Assembly (NCBI GenBank): GCA_037130115.1
Contig: JBAXTQ010000003.1
Coordinates: forward strand, 430-64,429
Length of the DNA stretch: 64,000 nt
Source of the DNA: Methylococcaceae bacterium
Lineage (GTDB): Bacteria > Pseudomonadota > Gammaproteobacteria > Methylococcales > Methylomonadaceae
Direction: 5' to 3'
Positions 18,998 to 28,500 of the stretch are shown piece by piece. The translations under genes and the position numbers were made by a program. Every line of letters begins with the position of its first letter. Positions within the stretch are counted from its first letter, which is position 1. Under the pieces are notes generated by a model that had not been told where the DNA came from, ran no database searches, and worked only from the letters and a program-made list of their open reading frames with translations.

Positions 18998-20314
18998 CTA
19001 TACGACTTTCCCTTCCTTGATAAACTCGCGCAGGATAGCGGTTTCCAACCGTTTAAAGTCGATATAAAGCGATTGGTTGGCCAAAGCTTCTACTGCACAA
19101 TAATGCATGACATTGATGATGCCTGCACCGGTTAGCTCGAAACGGGCTGCTATGTGTTGCCAGTCAATATCAACGGCAATTTCGATTTGCGGGGGAAAGG
19201 CTTTGCACCAGATTTGATAACGTTCTTCTGGCCGGGGCATTGGAAAATGAATGAAGGACTGAAAGCGCCTGGCAAACGCATCGTCTATATTACCGCGTTG
19301 ATTAGTGGCTAATATCACCAGTCCGTTGTAGGTTTCGATGCGCTGTAACAGATAGGCGACTTCCTGGTTAGCATACTTATCATGGGCATCGCGGATGTCG
19401 GTTCGTTTGCCGAAGAGAGCATCGGCTTCGTCAAAAAATAAGATCCAGTTTTTATGCTCGGCTTTATCGAAAAGTTTTGACAGGTTTTTTTCCGTCTCGC
19501 CAATATACTTGGACACTACCCGCGAAAGGTCAATGCGGAATACATCTTTGCCGGTGTATTTACCCAGTAAAGACGCCGTCAACGTTTTACCCGTACCGGG
19601 GGGGCCGTAAAACAGGGCACGGTAACCGGACTTTAACTTTTTGTGCATCCCCCAATCCTGCAACAGGGTATCGTTGTAGGTGATCCAGTTTTCAATTTCT
19701 CGAATATTTCTCAGGGTATTGGGGTGCAACACCAAATCTTCCCATTCCATTTCAGTTTCCAAAGGCTCTGCGGGGAAATCCATGCTAAAACGTGGTTTGC
19801 TGACCACACCAGTGGTCAGCAACTCAATCACCTCAGAATCCGTTATTAACCGCCCGCTCATCAATGGCTCACCTGCGGGCATGGCTTCCAGCCAGAGAAT
19901 ATGTTGTTTGGCAAACCAATGTTCACTGCTTAGCATCGCTTGCACGATTAGCCGTTTTTCCAGATTATCACCTGCCAAAATAAACTGTGCCGTTTCGCCA
20001 GTCGGCAAAATACCTCTATGATGCGTCGCTTTCGCGCCGCCAAATTCAGGAAAATCGCCGCCATCAGGCAGGTATTCAGTAATCAGTTGTGCGAAAAAAT
20101 CAGGTTTTAAACTAGGCGCAAGAGCCAGCATCAACAACACAAATTCTTCATAATCGGGATTGTGAATAGCGATAAAACCTGCCAAGCCAAAATCTTCGTT
20201 ATAAAATTCCAGTGGGGCAACGGTAAAATCATCAGCGTTTTTGTTCAAACGGTTTTTGATGATAGCGTGTAGCCAATCTAGGGCAAGTTGAAGATTGATG
20301 GCGTTATGATTCAT
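18998..20314 (-). CDS. eCIS AAA+ ATPase (Afp15/Pvc15-like)
   Basis: GPPGTGKT, ILFFDEAD, VVSKYIGETEKNL, RYANQEV-like motif; last gene of the eCIS operon. Confidence 0.9.
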   Translation of the reverse strand: MNHNAINLQLALDWLHAIIKNRLNKNADDFTVAPLEFYNEDFGLAGFIAIHNPDYEEFVLLMLALAPSLKPDFFAQLITEYLPDGGDFPEFGGAKATHHRGILPTGETAQFILAGDNLEKRLIVQAMLSSEHWFAKQHILWLEAMPAGEPLMSGRLITDSEVIELLTTGVVSKPRFSMDFPAEPLETEMEWEDLVLHPNTLRNIREIENWITYNDTLLQDWGMHKKLKSGYRALFYGPPGTGKTLTASLLGKYTGKDVFRIDLSRVVSKYIGETEKNLSKLFDKAEHKNWILFFDEADALFGKRTDIRDAHDKYANQEVAYLLQRIETYNGLVILATNQRGNIDDAFARRFQSFIHFPMPRPEERYQIWCKAFPPQIEIAVDIDWQHIAARFELTGAGIINVMHYCAVEALANQSLYIDFKRLETAILREFIKEGKVV

Positions 20315-20344
20315 GGGATTTAAGGTACGCCTAATGTTTAATAT

Positions 20345-23300
20345 TTAATTTACCAATGTATCAATATTTTGTGCTGCAATTTGAGATTCACCAGTAACAA
20401 TACGTCCACTGATTTCTTTTATTAATATATCTTTATCGGATTTTGGTGCCTTTAGCTCTGTAATATCAGTCCAGTAGGCAGATGAAGGGGCTGCAACTGA
20501 TTTCATAGCTTGAACATCACGGTTAAGATCAATTTTGATTTGTTGAATAACAATTTTTCGTTGATCGACCTTAGTTTTACCTATCAGGTTTGGCTCGATT
20601 GTATTAATAAACGATTGTTTTGTTACGTTGCCCTTCCCACCGAAAGTACTACCTGCCATATGACGAATTGAATGTAAATTGATGGCATATCCTTCTTTTG
20701 CTCGTCCTAACGCACGCTTAGCTAATTGACCTGTTTCGGTAAAAGAACCAAATTCGGCTGCCGCTTGTAATATTGCAGCTTGAGGTTGGTGATCAGCTGT
20801 AAAACCATCACCTTTGGGTTTTGGTATTGAGCTATAAGTTCCCGTTAGACCTTCAAGCAAATATTTTTCGCGTGTATTCTTAATTGAAGAATCGTTACCA
20901 ACTAATGCAGACAATGCTCTTGATACACCAACATTTTTCTCCAATAAACTATTTTGCATGGGTTGCAGTGTTGCTTCGTCTTTGCCAGCTTTTTGTGCTA
21001 TTTCAATTTGTGTAATAACAACCTGCGCAGCAGAAATTGCCGTTCTTGCATTGGTAATTTTTGACGCATTATCTGCTTTGAAACTTGGATTCTTCTTCTC
21101 TTTTTCGTTGAGATAAAACTCCAAAAATTGTTCTACTGCCATTGGTTGACTAGCAATTGTGAGTTTTGGAGTATTATTTTCTATTTTAATAAAAATAGAG
21201 TGACTATGACCATCATCATCTTGAAAACTGCTCTTTGAATTAGCCCAATTAAAAACTTTGTTGGCTGTTGATTTGATTGCACCGCCTATCTTCTGCAATA
21301 ATCCCCCCAGCCACGCCACAATCTTATCCAAGCCTTTATCAATCGGAGAACGAATTTTCTTAATGATACCAACGATTTTTTCAGGAATGTCACCTAGCCC
21401 CGCAAATTTAGCTAAGAAAGCGATAATAATGGTTAAGGTATTCGCCATAGTTTGTTCTACTTTTTTGGCAGCACCATCGATTTGACCAGAGGCTATTGCC
21501 GCAATGGAATCGATGAAAGAGGCAACAACAGCAGCAATTTGCTTGATTTTTTCCACGAAGAAAGTGATGGTTTTGTAGATAGCAATAATAGCCTGAATGA
21601 CCGCGCCAGCAGGATTGAGCATACTGACTAATTTGACGACCGCCGCTTTAACGACTTCGGTGGTGATCATTTCGGTGACTTTAGTGATTAATGAGTCTTT
21701 AAGTTCGCTGAGTTCTGTCTTGATTTGTTCCCAAGCGGCAACAGGGCCGTCTTTTACCAAGGTTACCAGAATGCCTGCGGTTTTTTCCAGACCTGTCAAA
21801 ATGGGTTCTGGAATAATTTTGACTAATTTGGTGCGAATGTTTTGCCATGTTAAGCCCAGTATCGACAGCACTAATTTAATGATTTCCATCAAATCAAAGG
21901 ATTTGGGAATATAAACACCAGCCTCACCTAAAGGTCCTGTAATCCATTTAATCAGTGCCGTTTTTAGATGTGTGCCGATATTATTAGCGAACATTTGAAA
22001 ACCCAGTTTTCCCGCACGAACTAGGTTGCCAACAAAACCGATGGGATTTTTGATGATGGTTTGAAACGCGTTTTGGGCTTTTTTGATGTAAGGCACAGCA
22101 TCGGGTGCAACGACGGAAAAAATAATTTCCAGCAGACTAATAACCTGCGCACCTGCCCAATTGAGAAACTCGCCAGCGATACCGAGGAAAGCTTTACCAA
22201 CTTTGCTAAACACACCGACGATAGTGATAACATCTTGCCAAGTAATGGAACTAATCGTTGCAATAATTTGAGCGGGAATCGCCCGAACAAATGCCATCAA
22301 GCCTGCTAACGCCCCTTGAAACCAAGCCCATGCACGCGCAACTGCGTTGCCTTTTTTGATATTTTCCCAGATTTCTTCCTGTCCGATGAGTTTCATGAAA
22401 CCACCGATTAGGGTCTCGGCGGTGCGCGGTACTGGATCGCCAGTAACGGGGTCTTGTCCTAATACAGCTTTGAGTAAATCATAACCTGCCGTGCCTTCTG
22501 CCATTTTAGCTAATGGTCTTAACACGGCTTCTTTAACCAGTTTCATAATGCCAATGGCAACGCCAGCGGCAAAGGAAATAAGTCGCCCAATAGGGTTGGT
22601 GAAAATGCTTTTTGCGCGTTCCCAAACGCCGCTTAAGTCAAATATATCCGTCCAACTCAGTGAATCCATGAAACGCTTTAGACCTGCAACAATATCGGAG
22701 CCAATATCACCCAGTGTGGCGATTTGTTGTTCAACCCATGCACCTGCTTTGGTCAAAACCCCGTGATTATTCAATGCTTGGGTAATGAGTACGCCGCCTG
22801 GAATTAGCTCGATTAATCCTTTAAGGATATTGGCGGCACTACGATCAACGCTACGTCGATTGATTGGATTGAAGCCTAGTAATACCGTCAATAAGGTGAA
22901 ACCAGGAATAAAACCGGCTTTATCGGCAAAATAATCCAGTGCGTCCTGCATACCTAAGCGTTGTATAGATGGTGGTGTCGTGGTGGTGCTGACTTGTGGG
23001 CTACGCTGAACGGCATGACCTTGTTGAATGGTATGCGTGAGTTCATGCGCTAAAAGTTGTTTGCCTTCGCTGGCACCGGGTTGATATTGATCACGGGAGA
23101 AGAAGATGTGGTTTTGATGAGTGAACGCTCTGGCACTTAACTGATTGTTTAAGCTGGCGGATTCTGCATCATGATGGACGCGCACGTTGCTGAAGTCGGC
23201 GTTGAAACGCGGATCCATGTAACTGCGTACATCACTGGACAGCGGTTGACCGCCTGAGGTTTTGTTTTGAATGGCTGATTGTACATTGGCACTCACCGCT

Positions 23301-23680
23301 GGAACGCCAGTTCCGTCTCGTTGCAGTTTTTCTTCGCTAGCAGGGGCTTTTTGAATTTTGTCTTCTTCTTTCTTCTGGATTTTTTCCTCTGGCATTGCCG
23401 CTTTTTGGATTTTATCATCTTCCTTTTTTTGTATTTTCTCTTCTGGTTTACGCTGTATTTTTTCTTCTTTTCCAGCGGCGGGTGTTGGCATACGCATGAT
23501 TTTATAAGCCATGCTGTCGGCTTCTTGTTCGAATTTATCGCCTGGTTTATTAACCGCCAGTTTCATTTGTATAGTAGGCGCGAAAAAATTGCCACCACCT
23601 GCTTTGGCAAAAAAGGGCTGTGCCGCTTGGGTAGCGGTTTTCGATGGGGTGCTTGATGATTTTTCCGCGCTGGTTTTCAT
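20345..23680 (-). CDS. DUF4157 (eCIS-core) polymorphic effector with variable C-terminal toxin-like domain
   Basis: KLAVNKPGDKFEQEAD, GGQPL...F.ADFSNVRVH...ARAFT...HIFF...LLAHELTHTIQQ (DUF4157, HExxH); long helical mid-region; AT-rich C-terminus with DHQP...H...TFGG. Confidence 0.85.
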   Translation of the reverse strand: MKTSAEKSSSTPSKTATQAAQPFFAKAGGGNFFAPTIQMKLAVNKPGDKFEQEADSMAYKIMRMPTPAAGKEEKIQRKPEEKIQKKEDDKIQKAAMPEEKIQKKEEDKIQKAPASEEKLQRDGTGVPAVSANVQSAIQNKTSGGQPLSSDVRSYMDPRFNADFSNVRVHHDAESASLNNQLSARAFTHQNHIFFSRDQYQPGASEGKQLLAHELTHTIQQGHAVQRSPQVSTTTTPPSIQRLGMQDALDYFADKAGFIPGFTLLTVLLGFNPINRRSVDRSAANILKGLIELIPGGVLITQALNNHGVLTKAGAWVEQQIATLGDIGSDIVAGLKRFMDSLSWTDIFDLSGVWERAKSIFTNPIGRLISFAAGVAIGIMKLVKEAVLRPLAKMAEGTAGYDLLKAVLGQDPVTGDPVPRTAETLIGGFMKLIGQEEIWENIKKGNAVARAWAWFQGALAGLMAFVRAIPAQIIATISSITWQDVITIVGVFSKVGKAFLGIAGEFLNWAGAQVISLLEIIFSVVAPDAVPYIKKAQNAFQTIIKNPIGFVGNLVRAGKLGFQMFANNIGTHLKTALIKWITGPLGEAGVYIPKSFDLMEIIKLVLSILGLTWQNIRTKLVKIIPEPILTGLEKTAGILVTLVKDGPVAAWEQIKTELSELKDSLITKVTEMITTEVVKAAVVKLVSMLNPAGAVIQAIIAIYKTITFFVEKIKQIAAVVASFIDSIAAIASGQIDGAAKKVEQTMANTLTIIIAFLAKFAGLGDIPEKIVGIIKKIRSPIDKGLDKIVAWLGGLLQKIGGAIKSTANKVFNWANSKSSFQDDDGHSHSIFIKIENNTPKLTIASQPMAVEQFLEFYLNEKEKKNPSFKADNASKITNARTAISAAQVVITQIEIAQKAGKDEATLQPMQNSLLEKNVGVSRALSALVGNDSSIKNTREKYLLEGLTGTYSSIPKPKGDGFTADHQPQAAILQAAAEFGSFTETGQLAKRALGRAKEGYAINLHSIRHMAGSTFGGKGNVTKQSFINTIEPNLIGKTKVDQRKIVIQQIKIDLNRDVQAMKSVAAPSSAYWTDITELKAPKSDKDILIKEISGRIVTGESQIAAQNIDTLVN

Positions 23681-23702
23681 CTTTTTCTACTCATCGTTAA
23701 GA

Positions 23703-25529
23703 TTAATAGTTCCACTCTACCCACAGCATTCGTTGCGTCCAAGGCAGTTTTATCATGGATATGCCCCAAGGGAGTTGATTTAACAGTATATCAACAGTTT
23801 TGTTTTCAACTTGCAGCAACCAGTCGCCATCATCACGCACCGATAATTTGCCGAATCTGAGTAGAAACTCGCCGCGTAAACCATCGATACTGGTGTTGCG
23901 TAACGCATCCCAATGACGAATGACGGCGTTAAGCAGGGCTTCGGCTTCTTCTATTTCGGAGTCGCTTAGTTCCATATCGGATTCAACAGGTGTGTCTAAC
24001 GGAATATTGCACAGAATTTTGGACAAAGTCAGTTCATATTCGGGAGCAATGCGTACTCCTGTGGTTAAAAAATGTAGCAGACAAAGAGCGCGTTCGGGCT
24101 GTATGAGTTGGTCTTCTTCGGCAACGCCTAAGGCGGTAAAAAATTGCGGCAAAAAAGGGTGTAATAAAATCAGCCCTGAGTTTTCGATATAAATACCGCC
24201 TTTAATATCGGCGGCTTGGAATGCTGTTTTTGTGGTTGGTAGTTTTTTTTGCAAATCTAACGATTCGTTGGTATCAGTCTGTTTAAAAGGTTTTACCGAA
24301 TCGGTCATTGGCAAGTTTTCTTGCTCATGGTCAATAGTAAGCTTATTTGTTGAATCTGAGGGCTGAATGATAGGTGCGCTAGATAGCGGTTTTAGTTTTG
24401 GTGAATGTGTGCTTGTTATAGCCGCTGACCAATGACGTGCTAATAAATTTTCTAACGCAGCTGTCTTAACCACCAATGCTTGCCAAGCTTCGGCAATAAC
24501 GGCATTTTCAGTCACGGTTTTGCCCGTTGCAATAAAAGTAAATACGGTTTCCCATAATTGTTGTTCAAATTGTTTCACCACGACAGGAGGCGCGTCTGAA
24601 TTTTGCAATAGCACTAAAATAGCGACTATGACTTTTTGGCTTTCGGGTGAAAGTTGCGTTACTAAATTAGTCATTAATGACGGTGAAAACTGACTGACTA
24701 AGCGTTTTCTAGTTGTTTCTGAGGCTAATAGCGTATGAATAATTACAGGGTGAGTATCAAGTAGCGCGTTTTCCAATGTGTGTTGTTGGCTGTTCGATAG
24801 ATTCAGTGTCTGCCACGCTTCGGTAATAATAGCGGTTTCGCTTAGGGTTTTACCCGTTGCGATGAAAGCAAATAAAGTTTCCCATAGTTGTTGTTCAAAT
24901 TGTTTCACCGCTGTATCTGGGTTTTGCTGTACCGACAATATTGCGGTGATGATTTTTTTGCCTTCGAGCGAAAAGTTATCCAGTAAGGTGGTCATAAACA
25001 GCGGTAAAAATTGCCTAACCAGGCGTTTTCTTGCGGTTGGCGCGTTTAATGTACTGAGAATAAGACCTTTAGGAATAGTTGCTACGCCGTCTTGCCAAGC
25101 ATCGAGTAGAGTCTGTTCAAAACTTTTGTTTTTTGTCAGTGTTATCGACCAAGGTAAACGCCCAGTATTTAAAAAATAAATCAAGGCTTCGGCTAGGCTT
25201 TGTTGGCTCGTTTTATGGCGAATGTTGTCAGTCGATACTGAGGGTGAACGAGTAAGCTGTTCACGAAGTTTTTTTTCAATAGCCTCTGCAACGACTGCGG
25301 TTAAGTTTTGTTCCCAATGCTCCAGTGTTAGCGCACCCGCATCAATATCCAAGCGGTCAATAGACCAGCTTTCAGAGTCTGCAAATCGATTAAATACTTT
25401 TTCCAGTGTAGGTAATAAATCATCCTGACACCATCCTGATAATCGATTTTGTAATAGCCAAGCATCCGATTCCACACCGTTAAATTCGATGTGGAGGTGT
25501 TGCTGTTGGATGGTGTGTTGTGAGGTCAT
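23703..25529 (-). CDS. CIS tape-measure protein (Afp14/Pvc14-like)
   Basis: C-terminal IENSGLILLHPFL...HWDALRNTSIDGLRGEFLLR.G...LPWGISMIKLPW...VEW. Likely start MTSQH at 25529. Confidence 0.85.
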   Translation of the reverse strand: MTSQHTIQQQHLHIEFNGVESDAWLLQNRLSGWCQDDLLPTLEKVFNRFADSESWSIDRLDIDAGALTLEHWEQNLTAVVAEAIEKKLREQLTRSPSVSTDNIRHKTSQQSLAEALIYFLNTGRLPWSITLTKNKSFEQTLLDAWQDGVATIPKGLILSTLNAPTARKRLVRQFLPLFMTTLLDNFSLEGKKIITAILSVQQNPDTAVKQFEQQLWETLFAFIATGKTLSETAIITEAWQTLNLSNSQQHTLENALLDTHPVIIHTLLASETTRKRLVSQFSPSLMTNLVTQLSPESQKVIVAILVLLQNSDAPPVVVKQFEQQLWETVFTFIATGKTVTENAVIAEAWQALVVKTAALENLLARHWSAAITSTHSPKLKPLSSAPIIQPSDSTNKLTIDHEQENLPMTDSVKPFKQTDTNESLDLQKKLPTTKTAFQAADIKGGIYIENSGLILLHPFLPQFFTALGVAEEDQLIQPERALCLLHFLTTGVRIAPEYELTLSKILCNIPLDTPVESDMELSDSEIEEAEALLNAVIRHWDALRNTSIDGLRGEFLLRFGKLSVRDDGDWLLQVENKTVDILLNQLPWGISMIKLPWTQRMLWVEWNY

Positions 25530-25540
25530 TGGAATTAGTT

Positions 25541-28500
25541 TTAGCCAAGTTTGATGATGTCTTCCTGTATAAATCGGCATCCGTCCTTGGTGAAAGCGGC
25601 GAGTCGAATAGTCTTGATGTTAGGTTCACGCTGGGTAAAACTAAAGCTGGCTCGTTGACCGTTTGACATTGCTGGATTACCATCCTGCACTTCCCAAAGA
25701 TAAGTGACTGGTTCGACACTGCCCGATGGTTTTACATCGAGAATTACAGATGGATTAGATGGAGTAGTCATCTGCTGGATTATTTCCAGTTTCAAATCTA
25801 ATTCGTTAGGACACTGCGGCTCATCTATGCTTTTCGGATTGCATTTATTGACTTTGACCGTGTTAAATGCAGGTGTTTTAACAGTCATCACAACTTGTCC
25901 ACGTTGTGTTATAACAATAGTACTGTCAATAGGTGTGACCGTTATGGCTGTTATAGAGCCGATAAATCGTAGTGATGGAAGCGGCCAAGAGTATCCAAAT
26001 TCAAACGGTAGGCACTCGAAATATTCAATCCACCATGTATCCATAAAGCCTGATTTTGACGGTTCGTAATTAAACTTCAGGCAATCGACTCCGCCTGTAC
26101 GTTCAATAATCAGCTTATTTATGATGTCTGCAAAACTATTTCCGTCTCCTCCAACTTCTGCCAAAACTTTCTGAACTTTTGCTGACATATCAATATTATT
26201 GCCTTGCGGATATTCAAAGGTGAGATGAGCCTGAAAATTTTCTTTTATATTGGGCAAAGAGAAGTAATAGCCGCGTCGCAAGGCAATACCATCACAGGGC
26301 AAATCGCAACAGTTATGTGAGATTTCCATATTGGCAGGGCATTGATTGCTGTCCAGCACATTGATGGAAACACCAGATTTGCTAGCGATTGAATCCGTGG
26401 TGTAACTATTGCCATCAATAGATGCGTCATTGATCGTATAAGGCGGTTTACCTCCGCTGAGCATGAGGGTCGCTGTATAGGTTTGTAAATCATCACTGCA
26501 CTTAAAATCTATGCTGTCGAATGTAATGGCTGATGTAACTGTGATGGTTTGCGGTAGTGATTCCGTGCCGCCAGCGTCACGAATGGTTAAGGTATATTCA
26601 CCGGCTGGCAAGGATATTTCATTCAATACTTGATATTCATGCTCATTAATTTTGATTTCATAAGGTGACAAACCACCTTTTGGGATAATGTTCAGAGCCG
26701 AGAAACTATCCGTATTAGGGCAGCCTGTTGTTACATTAAAGGTGACATAGGTCTGGATAAACTCGATTCCCGCCGTGCATGAATGACTGTCTACCACGGT
26801 GATACTGCCTCCCATGCCATTGGCAATTGGAACGGTAGTATATTGACTATCGACTACTGTTTCGTTGCCGGCATCATTGACCGTATAAGGCGGTGTGCCG
26901 CCCTCGATATTGAGCGTTGCCGTGTAGGTATCAGAAACTTCATCGTATTGAAATAATGGTTCGCTAATAATAATGGGCGCGGCAACCGTGATAGTTTGTG
27001 GAATCGATTCTGATCCTTCAGCATCACGAATCGTTAAGGTATGTTCACTAACGCCTAGTGTTAGCGTTTCACTTAATGGTTGACATTCTCCGTCATCAAT
27101 CTTGATGATGTAGGGTGACAAAGACAAATTGCCTTGTAGAATAATATTGACTGGCGCACCATCGGCATTGGCGCAGCCAATTGTCACGCTGAATGTTGGC
27201 TGTACACAGTGATGGGTAATTTCTATTTCGGCAGCGCATAGCCTGCTGTCCAGCACGTTGATAGTTCTGGCTGTTCCGTTGTCGATTGAATCCGTGGTGT
27301 AAACGTTTCCAGTGATGGTTATTTCGTTGACCGTATAAGGCGGTGTGCCACCGACGATATTAAAGGTAGCACGATAGGCACTGGTATCTGCACTGCATTG
27401 GTAAGTCGGCACACTAAAAGTAATGGGCGATATAATCGCGATGGTTTGCGGCAGCGATTCTGTACCTTCAGCATCACAAATTCTTAAGGTATGAGTGCCA
27501 ACTGCCAATGATACCGTTGAGCTTAGTGGCCGGTAATCCTGTTTGTCAATTTTAAGATCATAAGGTGGCAAGCCACCTTTTACGGTAAGGCTGACGATGG
27601 CAAATCCTTGTTCGTTGGTGCAGCCGATTATTACAAAGAGCTTGGGCAGTATTTTCGGCAACACAAACTGCACAGCCTCACAAACTGAATTACACTGGTA
27701 GGGTAGATAAAAATCCGCAATGACGGTGTTATCAGCAAACTCTTTGACTATTTGAGTGATGATGTCGGGGGTAATGTCTTGCGCGTCAACTGCAAGTTTA
27801 GGTGCTGCGTGATAAACAAGAATGAATGTTCCGCCTAAAGGAACGCCCGCTTTATGCTGAATGCCTGGATTGCTTTGCAGGAAGTGATTAAGGAACAGCT
27901 TTTGTTTTATTTCACGAACACGGCGTAGATATTCATCGTAAAGAACTTTAAACGCATCGGTACGACAGGCGTATAGGATGGCTTCAAGACGGTCATCTAT
28001 TTCTTCACCCGATGTTATAAAATCTTTAGTAACAGCGGCGAGTTCTCTCACGTTAATAGCGTTTTCTGCTTCATCTTCCACACCAGCAAGTCTTTTTGCA
28101 TAGTATTGTTCGATTTCACGCTCAATAGCTGTCGTTATATCGATTAAATCTTTGTGTATTTTTTCAAAGCTATCATAATTAAATTTTGCAAGATCATCAG
28201 ATACAGCATTATAAATTTTTGAGAGATACATAACTGGATATATATAAACAATATTCTCTTTCCCTGGCCCCCTATTTCTCTCATCGATTAGATCACCGAT
28301 GATTATCCAAGCAGGTATATCATGCTCTCTGCCGAGCGCAATATCCGCATCCTCAAGGAATCGACCCACAGTCATAGGTGTTACTTCATAATCTGGAGTT
28401 TGTTTAACCAGTAGCGGTAATATTGGCTTAGTCTTAGTAGTAACGGGAGACTCCTGTTCATAGGGCAAATCATAAAAATACTGTACTTCTTTGCACAAAA

